The notes below the pieces were generated by a model. That model did not search any database and was not told the origin of the DNA. It worked only from the letters and a program-made list of their open reading frames with translations. Of a stretch of 64,000 bases of DNA, positions 1-12,125 are shown in pieces. A program made the position numbers and the translations under genes. Origin of the DNA: the human T2T-CHM13v2.0 reference genome, Homo sapiens; the NCBI RefSeq assembly GCF_009914755.1, contig NC_060945.1. One strand, written 5' to 3'. How positions within the stretch are numbered: the first letter of the stretch is position 1; each line of letters begins with the position of its first letter.

Positions 1-1510
1 GGCTTATAAAAGGAGGTGGAAACGGGATGACAGGTTAACAATGCAATTGAAATCCCTGTTCCCACTCAGTATAACCAAGCATATCTACACAGACTTCGGA
101 AGATAGAAATTCAAAATTATTGTAAGCAAACACATTCTCTTAAGACAAGAAATGGAAAGATTTCTCTCAGGTGAAGCCATTCAGCCAAAAAGATAAAACT
201 AAATCTACTAATAGTTGTAGTTGCCTACTAATAGTTGAAAATGTCCAACCTAATTCACCTCCTCAGAGACTAATTGAAAAATTTTGTGTCTATGAAGCTT
301 GCAGTATACTAGTGATACAAAAATATGATTAGTTATGCAGGCTTCACTATCCATTTGAATAAAAGTCAGAGTTTGAAAAACACTGAAAAACAAATTTAAA
401 AAAATAAGAAAATATTCTTCTGTGAAATTTAGGGAGAAAATTTTATCCATGAAACCAAGATAAGAAGAAACATTCAGAGAATAAAAAGAGCTTATGGAAA
501 TTAAAGTAAGAATGTAGTAAAATAATTCAATGTAAGGATTAGGTCAAGTTAAAGAAATCTATAAAACACAGGGAATTTGATACACATTATAAAACAATTA
601 AGAATTCAATGATTTGATTCATTGATGTCCAACACTTTAATAATAAAAATTTAGATCTTCAACTCATATTGTGAAAATGAGAGTAGAAATACTATGAAAC
701 TAATAATTCAGAAGAATATCTTGAAGACAAGCCAATACGTTGTGAAATTTCAGAATAAGGTAGACAAAGAGGGATTTCATATTTTTAGAGAGAATATAAA
801 GGCAATGGAAGATTACTTGCAAAGGACTAGAAAGTAAAACAGCATGGAGCTTCCGAACAGAGAGACCAAATTTCAAGATCATAAAACAATGCATTCAAAA
901 TTCTAAACAAATTTGCTTCTAAGGGGAAGACAAAAGGAAATTAAATTGATATCATTCTTGTGGTCTATCAAATAGAGAGCTATCTTCCAATAATGAGGGA
1001 TGGATTCATGAAAAGTATATAGAACACTAATAAATTAAGTAACAAAAGTATTTACTCCAGGAAATAACAAAAGTTGTATAGGAAAGGAAAATTACCATAA
1101 CCTAGCTCTAAAAAGTTTTCATGCTCATAAACATGTGCTCATAACAGTGGAAAACTTGAACATTGATTGTTTTAACTAAAGCAGTACTGGAGCTATATTG
1201 GAAAGTAGGTAGAAAGACATGCATGTGAAAGGGAGAATGAGGAATCTAACAAATGCAAGTGTGCCTTTTTACTTTAGGATGTAGAGAAAATATAAATTTA
1301 AAAATGAAGAAAACAAATTATAATCAGGCCATTTCCAAATACAAAGGTATATTGAGAAAAACGGGGGCAAATCTCAAGAGGTTTCAATTGGTTGCTCTTC
1401 GAACTTCAGGTCATGGCTCATTTCACTGCAATGGCCTAGGGGCTGGTTTTTATTGTAATCTTCCAAAAATAATTAGATTGTTTATATTATACAATGTAAG
1501 ACTTCAGTAA
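1..1510 (+). mobile_element. Degraded ancient L1 (L1M/L1ME-type) fragments
   Basis: A-rich sense-strand composition with ORF1-like remnants (e.g. gaaattaaag...aataattcaat, aaaacaatgcattcaaaattctaa) and an L1ME-like 3' end near 1380-1510. Boundaries approximate. Confidence 0.45.
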
Positions 1511-2169
1511 AAATAATGGTAAAAATAACTATCCTTATAATTTCACTCTATCTTTTGTTGGAAAGGAGAATGTTTATCGCCTTTTGTTTTAAGAACTATC
1601 ACTTTATAGGCTTCTTTCCTATTTCCTTTTCTAACTCTAGTGCTCAGTTTCTGCCATAGACACTTGAGGTTTAATGTAAGATTGTTACTGTCATTTTGTC
1701 AGTTGCTTCCTGAAAGGCATGGTGTTCTAATTTCACAGCTGTGCAACTTATAAAATACTGTGATGTAACCTTTAATTGCCATGTGAAGTAAAAAAAGAAA
1801 AAATGTTGGAATAAACATTGGATCCATAATAACATTTTTAATTATTTTTCTCCTGGTGACCAAGGTGCTTGACTAAGCCTTCTAAATCATTTTTGACAAC
1901 CACATGTATTATTTATATCATGACTCGGTATGATTCTTAGAAATGAACAGGTAAAAAGAAGGGGAATTGAACACAGGAAGAATTTAAGTTTTTTAAAGGA
2001 ATCTGCGTACACCTGCAGTCACAGAAATATTAACATTGATAAAAATTTCCTACTGCTTATAGTGTGGGATATATTTTGGAGATACACAGGCATGAATAAA
2101 GTTCATTTATCTGATAAGAACAAAGACAAAATCAAGAACGACATCTCTTTTCTTACCAACCATAATGAA

Positions 2170-2483
2170 TTGTATTGAATACACCAGTTCTTCACCCCTC
2201 GCTGTATGTAACCCCTTGGCCTTGTTTCTTTTGCTGTACTCTCTTTTCTGACTCTGGGCTTGATCATGGTACTTGATTTGTCAGCACAATGAGGTGGAAA
2301 TGACTGTCTATTCAAGCTTGAGGCCTTAAGAAGATTTCAGTGGTTATGCTTGCTCTTTTATGCTTCTGTGATTGCCATGTGATTGTGGCAGGACTAGACT
2401 GTTGGAAGACTGGAAGACGAGAGACAGAGATGTGGAAGTTGAAATAAGACTGGCCTGAATCATGAAAAGCCAGCTGAGCCACA
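2170..2483 (+). mobile_element. MaLR LTR fragment (MLT1-type), cut at the duplication breakpoint
   Basis: MLT1-like motifs tgactctgggcttgatcatgg and caagcttgaggccttaagaag. The sequence switches abruptly to MST-int sequence at 2484. Confidence 0.45.
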
Positions 2484-3072
<589 letters not shown>

Positions 3073-3954
3073 AGCTCTTGGCTTTTTTATGTTCACAATA
3101 AGAGCTGCCCTAAAGTAAACTTCAATTACACTGAGGTAAGGGCAAAGATGCCAAATGTACCTGCACAAGAGAGCCTGCCAGGGGTTGTATTTCAATTCTT
3201 TCCAGGAGAATTGACAGGAGTAAAATAGCTTCAACAGAGAGAACAGTGAGTGGACAGCCAGAACACCGGGGGTGAAAGACAACTCAAAAGGGGCCGGGCA
3301 GGTCCTAGGCAAGATGAGCTTCAGACTTGCTGAGGGCAATGACCTCCGTGGGAGAACAGCAACCAGAAACACACACATCCATTGCAGTTTTGAAAAACTG
3401 TAGTTTAGTTGAGGTCACTACCTTGGGTGGGGGATGCTGGATGGCTGCCCTGGGCTCTGGGTTTCACCTGGGCAAGGGGAGTACAGAAAACATTGCATCT
3501 CACTCCTCTTTTCTGTGTATCATAAAATTTTAAGTTAAATTTTTGATGTTTAATTATCCCCTAAAATGTCTGATAAAAGATTAACGACTTTTCAAGGTTG
3601 GATAAATTTGGATGACTCCATTAACAAAGGAAGTTGCTAAAAATCTACATTGCTTTGGAGATGGCCTGGTTTTATGCAGAGGCCATATTTGATTCATCAT
3701 CCTCCCTAATGTGGAATCTTTAAGGTGTTTTCATTTTTTTTCTTGTTCATCCATTATACTTTTGATAATATTTAATTACATGAGTTAGATTTCTAGGCAT
3801 GAAATGAGTGGAATGGCTTAAGTCCTATTTTTGAGTTGATTTCCAGAAATGTTATGGTAATTAACATTTCTAGCAACCTATTAATGCCAATTTCCACTAT
3901 CATTGTGAATTACCATATTTAACAAAGTTTTGGTGTCAGAGATATGAAGATATG

Positions 3955-4100
3955 CTTTTTTTTCTTTCTTCCTTTCTCTTTTAACTCTTACTTTCTCCAT
4001 TCCTCCTTCCTTCTCTTCTTCCCTTTCTCCTTCCCTCTGTTCCCTCTTTTATCTCTTTTCTTTCTTCCTCTCTTCTTTTTTCCTCCTAATCCACCCTTCC
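3955..4100. repeat. Polypyrimidine low-complexity tract (counterpart of purine tract 39780-39875)
   Basis: Almost pure C/T sequence. Confidence 0.85.
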
Positions 4101-5036
4101 AATTTGTTTTTATTAAGACTAGTAAGCCTGAATGGATTATCACAACATTTTCAGAGATTTGTATATATTATTCTGTATTTTTACTATTCATTTATTTTCT
4201 CTGTGCTCTATTTTGGTTTTATATGTTTTTTAACTTTAATGTTTTATTATTCATTTATGAGTCCTCTATATCTAAGATATATAAACTCATGTTTATTTGT
4301 TGCACCTATTTCTACAGTTGCTCTTATCTTTTAACATTTTTATGTATTACTGTGCAATGTTTCAAATTTTCATGGCATCAAATTTATCATTTGTTACCTT
4401 TAATGTTGAAAACACTTTACATAATTATGGATCAATGTAATATCATCTTAATTAAAAGAAAAATGAATATTAAAAGAAGACAAGCATTCAATAAAAAATG
4501 AAGTACCTACTTCCAAAAAAACTAAGAAGCAGTGAGTACACACAATAAAATAAGATTTATATTCCATAGCTTCAAATGGAAAAAGAATGCAAATTTAAAA
4601 CAGGTGAATAATTTTGAGCAATGAGGTTAGAAGGGACCTCAAAGTGCACTAGACACGAAGCAGGATACTTAGACAGTACCATCCTGTGATCTAAGCAAGA
4701 GAGGCTCAATTCTTAGATCAGGGCTTTAGTGATCCTAACCATGAACCATCTGCCCAGCAACTGTAGCACTGAGGGGATACCCTCACATAGAGCCTGAACC
4801 TCTTTCCCAAAATATGATCTGGGACCTTGGCATTCCCCACCCAATTGGCCAAGCCTTCTCCCTGGCCCTCTGCCTTGTCTTTCTGAGAGCCTCATTGGTG
4901 TGCACATTCAGAGGCCAAAGGAATGATGGAAGGGGGTGTAGGTGGAGCCAGCTATGTGGATTTTGTTGTCTAAATGTTTGGTCACAAGGGCAAAAGACAG
5001 ATGCAGTCAAGCATGAGAAGTAAAGAATGCACAGGA

Positions 5037-5425
5037 TGTGAACTGGTGCAGGACAGTTTTCTGGATGTCTTTGAGCCAGTTCAGTTATCCTTCCTTTCTT
5101 CCTTGTAGTCTTCAGAATAACTGTGGAATTTGCTGGGAATGTAATATCTTAAAATAAAGAGTAGCTAGTCAGAATAGCTATGTTCCTGTCTCTGACAGAA
5201 CAAGATATTCTACAATTCTTCAACCAGTGATTCAAATTTGCTCTCAGGGTATAAATCCAGGACAGGCTGCTTTCTGTGGCCCCTCAGCTGTGGTGCAGGA
5301 GGGGCATACTCCGAAAATACTCCAACTACCCTGCACAACTGTCCTGAACCTTGGGGGACCAGCTTGTTATGAATCCTGGTTTTCTACTGTCCCTTACTTC
5401 CTATCTGTGTGTAAGGATCCACTTC
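5037..5425 (+). mobile_element. ERVL-type LTR, 3'-truncated (family not confidently assigned)
   Basis: Begins TGTGAACTGGTGCAGG, with TATA-like gggtataaatcc and LTR motifs tgctgggaatgtaa and cctcagctgtggtgcag. A longer copy lies at 38360-38835. Confidence 0.6.
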
Positions 5426-5685
5426 CTCATACTATCACATTGGCAACACCTGAATTTTTAAGGGGATGCATGCAAACCATAGCACCTTCCTGTTTGTGTG
5501 TCTTAAATCTCTTGTGCCTTCCACTTTACAGGACAAAGCACTTCAGTATAATATTTTTTGGAGATCCTTAACTTAATTACATCAGCAAAGATATTATTTC
5601 CAAATAAGGTCACATCCTTAGATAATGAGCATTAGAACTGGGCATATCTTTTTAGGGGGAACAGGGTCTCAATTCAAACCACTAC
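5426..5685 (-). mobile_element. Nested MaLR LTR fragments (MST-like and MLT1C/D-like)
   Basis: Motifs tcacattggcaacacctgaattt...aaccatagca and gatccttaacttaattacatcagcaaag...tttccaaataaggtcacat. Confidence 0.6.
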
Positions 5686-6027
5686 ACTATATAAAAACTA
5701 ACTTTAAATATAATTTTTTAAAACATCAAACTTATATCCAAAACTTTGGGTACTACACTTTTCTATTATAAATGTGACCTTTAGTAAACCTCATAGTCAC
5801 TCAATATGAAAGGTGACCTGCGAAAATACCTACTCTAACCTCTTTTACAGTTTAGGAAATAGAGAACATAATTTATGCATTTTGAAGTCAGAAATAACAC
5901 AATGTAGAGGCATCATCTTAGTACAGATAGCGTAGGTCAAATCTGGTTGCCACACGTGACCTCTTTGTCACTGGGTGATATAACTTCTTGAGTATTAATT
6001 TTGTCATCTTAAAATTTTGTATTATAA

Positions 6028-6125
6028 TTTTTTTATTATTATTATACTTTCAGTTTTAGGGTACATGGGCACAATGTGCAGGTTTGTTACATATGTATAC
6101 ATGTGCCATGTTGGTGTGCTGCACC
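6028..6125 (-). mobile_element. ~100 bp L1PA 3' terminus inside a MIR relic
   Basis: ttattatacttt...tagggtacatg...caggtttgttacatatgtatacatgtgccatgttggtgtgctgcacc is the antisense L1PA 3' end. Confidence 0.85.
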
Positions 6126-7256
6126 TTATAGTGTAATTAAAATGATTAAATGAAATAACTCAATCTACTGCAGAACTTGCTACAGAATATTTGCTCAGGA
6201 TATAATAGATATTATTCTGATAAATAAGCTATTCTGATAAAGAGTCACATACAGAAAATGGCAGACCCTCTTCTTGATGCCTCATTCTTGGTCCTATTAC
6301 TCCTTTTACATTAAATGATTGAGCCGTGGATTATCCTGTGTGTGTGTGAAATTTTGGCTCTACCAGTATTCCCAAAGCATCTTAATATTGTGATGCTTTA
6401 TGAAATCCTGATGTCAGTCATTCCACTTTCTTGATGTGCATATTATGAAAGGTTGGAAAAATAAATTTATAGGCACACACATTAGGAACAATAAAAATAG
6501 CAGAAAAATAGTTCTACCTAATAGAAATATAGGTAGAAAATAGAAATAGTTCTACCTAATAGAAAAATAACACGAAATATTACCAATCTTTTCAAAAGAA
6601 ATAAACATTATCTTTCTTTGGTAATGTATATGTAATGTTTATTCATTCACTGGTTATTTTCAAGAAATAAATCATGAACTTCTAAATTGTGCATGGAATC
6701 AAGCTAGATTGAAAAAAAGGTTTTCCCCTCTTATTACTGTGTAGAGTTTAGAGTAGAACTGGGAGAAATATTGGAGGTAGGTTACCCTTGTCTTCCTAGG
6801 AGAAGCATTATCACCTAGTAAACTAATCCCTGCTTTGTGTACTATAAAAATATGCTCATAAATATCATTAAAATATTACACCTAACTGAAGAAAAATATG
6901 TTTTAAAGACATATTTAAATATATGTCCTTAAACATATATTTTATGAAATATGAAACAAACATATTTCATGATTACTTATAGAAAATGTATATATATAGA
7001 TATCAGATTTTCCATTTAATCTTTGTAAATTTAGATTTTGATTTGTCAAGCATACAGATACGTTACAAAGCCGTCAAGAAATTTTTATATTCTTTCTACC
7101 TATATTCAACAATTACTTGTATTTCATCCCATTTTAGTCATATTCTCTATCCTTCTCCCTACTCTTTCCTTCTTCTTCTCTACCTTTACACCATCTATCT
7201 ACCTATCCATCTATCATCAGTCGTTTTTCCCATGTCCTCACCATACCATTTAAGAG

Positions 7257-7722
7257 TGTGTTCACTTCCTGTGACTTCAATGACAAATCATCACTTAGTG
7301 GTTTAATAGATAACTTTGTGGTTTGAAAAAATAGAAATTTGTTCTCTCACAGACCTGGAGACCAGAATTCCAAAGTCAAGTTTTTGGAAATGTCATGTTT
7401 CCCATAGAAGCTATAGGAATAAAATCCATTCCATGCCTCTTCCAGCTTCTGAAAGCTGCCAGCTTTCTTTGGCTTGTGGCCACATCACTCTAATCTCTAC
7501 TTCCTTAATCACGATTTCCTCTTTTTTTCTCCCCAAAATTCATTTTGATCACTTGTATGGGGATACAAGCAATTGCATTTAGGACCCACCTTGGTAATCA
7601 AAGATATTCTCTTTCTCTCTAGATCCTTAACTTAATTGCATCTTTTGCCATATAATGTAATATTGACATGTGTTGTGGATTAAGAATTTTACATCTTTAG
7701 GGGTCTTTTCTAATCCAACCAC
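7257..7722 (-). mobile_element. MLT1C/D-like solo LTR
   Basis: aaatttgttctctcacag...ctggag...ttccagcttctg...ttggcttgtggccacatcactctaatctct...agatccttaacttaat. Confidence 0.75.
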
Positions 7723-7849
7723 AATAAGAGATACAGTGATCCTTTAACCTTAATTTTCTTCAGTATATATTTCCTAAGAAGAAGGGTATTCTCTCAACCA
7801 TGCAACAGATGACAAAAATCAGACAATTCAACATTAATAATAATTAGTG

Positions 7850-8420
7850 TTTCCCTAGCCATATTAAAGCCTAAGAAACAATAAAAATCAGTAATGTTGA
7901 TCCTGTAAGTATTTAAAATTTTTATATCTTATTTATCTTAGTCCTTTCGAGCTGCTACAACAAAAATACTATTGACTGGGTGGCTTAAACATATACTTCT
8001 GACAGTCCTAGAGGCTGTGAAGTCTAAGATCAAGGTGCTGGCAGATTCAGTGTCTGGTGGAGTCCCACGTCCTGGTTCATAGAGACGAATTTCATGCTGT
8101 TTCCTCACAAAGCAGAAAGGGAAAGAGAGAACTCTCTGGATCCCATTTGTAAGGGCACAATCCTGTTTGTGAGGACTTCATTTTATAACCTTATTATTTC
8201 CCAAAGACTCACCTTCTAATAATACCGTCACACTGGGGATTACAAGTTCACCTTTTCATTTTGGAGGGATACATGCAGTTTGTTCAGTTTATCATGAATT
8301 TTTGCATTGTTTAAAATATTACATTCAAATATTATTTATTGTGATTGCTAAGTTTTTGTGCCACCATAAGTTTTGTGCCCAAGACAAATGACACCCTCAC
8401 TTCACAATATCCCAGTCTTG
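7850..8420 (-). mobile_element. hAT-type DNA transposon relic (MER96B-like) interrupted by MLT1A
   Basis: aatattatttattgtgattgctaagtttttgtgccacc...ttttgtgcccaagacaaatg resembles the recalled terminal sequence of this family. Confidence 0.45.
7934..8294 (-). mobile_element. MLT1A/MLT1A0 solo LTR
   Basis: tcttagtcc...gctgctacaacaaaa...gggtggcttaaac...aagtctaagatcaaggtgctggcagattcagtgtctggtg; about 360 bp. Confidence 0.8.
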
Positions 8421-10490
8421 ATCTACAGGCCATATCTAAATTTTATCAATTTTTCCAATACCCTCAATAACAATTTTCTTCTATACAGACTCCTATTAGG
8501 ATCACGATAGCACTTCTTTGTTTATCTCTTATTCTGGAGCTATTTTCAACCTTTCTTTCGTTTCTTAATCTTGATGTTTTGAAGGGTACAGGCCAGTTAT
8601 TTTGTAGAATGTCTGTCAATTTGGATTTATTTTCTATTTTTCGTGTTTGATTCATGTTACGGTGTGTGTGTGTTATGGCAGGAGTATCACTGAGGTGATG
8701 TGGCTTTTTCCACATATTAGAAAGGACATGATATTGCTTTGTTCCACTATTGATGACATTAGGTCAGGTTAAGTTTGGTGGCCTGATTAAAGTGGTATCT
8801 ACCATGTTTATCACACTATAACATTACTATTTTTCTCTTTATAATCATGAAATAATTTGTGGAATATCCTTAGCAACTATGTCTTGTTCATAGTCCAAAT
8901 TTGATTCCTGTACTAGCAACCACTGACAATTTTCTAATTCATTTGTTACTATACTTACAACTTTTTGTATTATATGTATAACTTTATTTTTTACTTAAAA
9001 TTCAACTATAAGGAAGATATTTTAATTCCTTTCGTATAAATGCATGCAAGTATGTATGTATGTTATATCAATTCAGGCATTCATATTTTATTCAATGGTA
9101 CATTAAATTTTTCTTAGTATGGTTAGTGAAAGATCTTCCAGCTGCCTTTTGGATCATTTTGAGGATTCCCCATAATTGTTTGAGCTTTTTCCATATTTTT
9201 GATCCAAACAAGATGTAAAAATATCATCTTGTGCTTTACATGCTCCAATCTAGGGATCGACAGTTTGTCAAAAAATCTTGGTATTTTTTTTAGTAGAGAA
9301 TGGCCTCTCTTGTTTCTGATGATGTCAGCTTTTATTTCTATCATTTTCTTGTATTTAATACGAAAATTTCCCATGACTTCTTTCAATGTTTTCTATTCAT
9401 TTTGGGATGTCACCATTTTCTGTCTTATGTACCTTGGTGTGGCTGTATTTCTCCTGCTTGTAGTTCACTGTTCTTGAATATTTAAGTTTAGGTTTTTCAT
9501 CACATTTAAAAAAATGGTTAGTCATTATTTCTTCAACATAACTTTTCCCAATTCTCTTTCTTCTCACCCATGGGAATGTAAATACACATATAACATTTAA
9601 TATTCTCCCAAAAAATACTGACTTTAAAAATTTTTCTCTCTCCTATTTGTTACTTAAATTCTATTTATTTATCTTGACATTGTCCTACAAACCATTGAGT
9701 TTCTATTATTTTTATTTTTTTATATTATTTTTATATATTATTTTATATATTGTATAAATGCTATAAAATTATCTTCAACTTAACTGACTCCTTTTGTTCT
9801 ATCTATAACTTTCTGGTTTGCCCATTCAGGGAATATAAGAGCATGAATTATAAGAGCATGAGTCATACTTTTTTGATTCTTCACATATCTAGTAATTTCT
9901 TTGTATCGCATGTTAGGCAATCCAAATATATTGTAGAGATTCTGGTTCCAATAATATTTATCTGCAAATGATATTTGTCCAAGAAGTAAATTTCAATTGC
10001 CTAGACCCAAACTTCAAATTCTCTCTCCTTTATGATGGGTAGTAACTGGAAATCTGCATCCTTCCAGACTCTAGCTACTTTATTTGACAAACACCTACAT
10101 GTCTCCTTTATGCTTAAACAGATCAGTGACTAGTCATGAATTTACTGTATATGTGTCAACGTTGGTCTCATTCTTTGTGAAACTCTCTTTCCAGGAATTT
10201 TTTTCCTTTAATTTCCCAGCTAATATACCAGCCCCAAAGTCTGTGTCTGACCTCATGCCTCTGCACCACAGAGATTAGAGAGTACGCTCCAACAAAACCC
10301 TGAAAGCATGCCAATCTCACCTGGAGCAATTCCTATCTTACAGGAGCCACCCTTTTCCAGATTCTTCTTATTTCAGATCCATATATAATTACAGCATTTA
10401 AAAAATACTGTATACAAGTATTATAGTTGTTATCTGTGGGAGATTTGTCTTATACAAATTTCTCTCACATTATTCCAAGCTGGAACATCA
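8421..10490 (-). mobile_element. Ancient L1MC/L1M fragments (3'UTR, then ORF1-region remnants)
   Basis: L1MC-type motif tttgaagggtacaggccagttattttgtagaatgtc, followed by T-rich antisense ORF1-like sequence. Confidence 0.55.
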
Positions 10491-10959
10491 AATTTGTTTT
10501 CAATTTTGCAGATTTTCTAAAATTAAAATTTACACTAACTCTAACTACTTAAGATAGAAGTAGAATTGCTCTGGTTAAATAAAGAAATAGAGGTAGAATC
10601 CTGTCCTTTTTCCGGACAAACACATATGTCACAAAATTACCCAGATATACTCCATAATAATTCTAGGTTTTCATAGATAGTTTCAAAATAATTTATCTAT
10701 ATCACATAATGAGTACTTATGAGGGGAAACATATACCATTCAGAATATATTCACATACGTGACCAGAAAAATTGACCATCGGTTTATCACAATCTTCAAG
10801 CCAAACTCCAAAGGACATCTAAAAAATGCACATTACTTTAAATATATTTAAGGCTGCTTTACAATATATTAAATATATTGTATAATTAGCTAAGTGCGGC
10901 ATATATAATTATTGTCATTTTAGTACTGCAACTACTTTATCATTCCACAATAAGAACTG

Positions 10960-11170
10960 AAAACGTATAATTTTATGACTATATGTGACAGACACTATGT
11001 TAAGAGTTCTGAAAATGTTATCTGACTTTATTTTTACTAAAAGCTTTTGACATAAGGGTTATTAGTCTGATTATACAAAAGTGAAAGCTGAGCTATAAAG
11101 ATATCTTACTACTTACTCAAAGAGAGGCAAATAGTAAAAATATGATCCACAAATCAAACCTCACTTCGTA
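10960..11170. mobile_element. MIR relic
   Basis: Degenerate MIR core (gtgacagacactatgttaag...tatacaaaagtgaaagctgag). Confidence 0.5.
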
Positions 11171-11443
11171 TGCCTGTGAAAACACATTCTTTGAAACATA
11201 TCATCTTTCATTTCCCAAACAAGGAAAGTGTTTCTCAAAGAATTAAATATTTTGACAAGATTTACATTCATTATAATATAGAGATTGGGCTTAAAACCAG
11301 TTCTTTTAATTGTTGGGCTTAGCCATTTTGTGCTATATAGCATGACAGAAAAAAAAGGAGGAGAGAGACCATATTAGGACATGTAGGGCTATTGCTGCAA
11401 CTCTGAAATTTGAGTAGTTTAACCACATAAAAATGTATTTCTC

Positions 11444-11790
11444 GGCCAGGCGCGGTGGCTCACGCCTGTAATCCCAGCACTTTGGGAGGCCGAGGCAGTC
11501 AGATCACGAGGTCAGGAGATGGAGACCATCCTGGCTAACACAGTGAAAACCCGTCTCTACTAAAAATAAAATAAATTAGCCTGTAGTCCCAGCTACCAGG
11601 GAGGCTGAGGCAGGAGAATGGCGTGAACCCGGAGGCAGAGCTTGCAGTGAGCCGAGATCGCGCCACCGCACTCCAGCCTGGGCGACAGAGCAAGACGCCG
11701 TCTCAAACAAACAAACAAACAATATATATATATATATAAAATATATTGTTTTGTATTATATATATATAAATAAATATATAATATATATAT
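11444..11790 (+). mobile_element. AluY with internal ~20 bp deletion and (AAAC)n/(TA)n-derived tail
   Basis: Y diagnostics (ccatcctggctaacac, agaatggcgtgaacccgg, gagcttgcagtgagccgagatcgcgcc). The start of the right monomer is missing (attagcc|tgtagtccc). TSD remnant tatttctc on both sides. Confidence 0.92.
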
Positions 11791-11869
11791 TTCTCATTTA
11801 CACAAAATCCAATGTGAATTAGTAGCTTTCTTTGACTTTGGGTTTTAATTTAAGCAAAAGATACCATTA

Positions 11870-12125
11870 TGGTTTGACTGTAATGGTGACAGTAAAGCTG
11901 AGTCTTCAAGGAAGTAAGTGTAAGCTGTGCATGTCATGTGAAAGAGCATCCTGGGAAAGGTACAGGAAGTTCAGAGGTCCAGTGTGAGATGATTTTTGGC
12001 TAATTGAAGAGCGTCTGGGACGCCAGTGTTCTTGGTACAGAGGGAGAAAATTGTAGAAGTTGAGGCTGGGGATGTAAAGTCTGTAGGTCTTTGAAAGCCA
12101 TTGACTTTATTCTAAATAAGATGGA
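11870..12125 (-). mobile_element. L2 relic
   Basis: gccagtgttcttgg...ttgactttattctaaataagatggaa, typical degenerate L2. Confidence 0.5.

Noticed and set aside
204-236. Small tandem micro-duplications (also ~1120-1146, 6213-6241, 9835-9860, 14740-14763, 31358-31399)
   Set aside because: Ordinary 10-15 bp slippage duplications with no shared motif.
3944-4501. 185-aa Phe/Leu/Ile-rich ORF resembling a membrane protein
   Set aside because: It arises from a polypyrimidine tract and T-rich antisense L1 relic. No equivalent ORF appears in the duplicated arm.
4713-5010. Similar peptides in both arms (TNEALRK.RQRA.EK.WP.GWG.PRS.IIFW; also 38994-39198)
   Set aside because: The similarity appears in more than one frame, and starts and stops differ. 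It reflects DNA duplication, not coding constraint.
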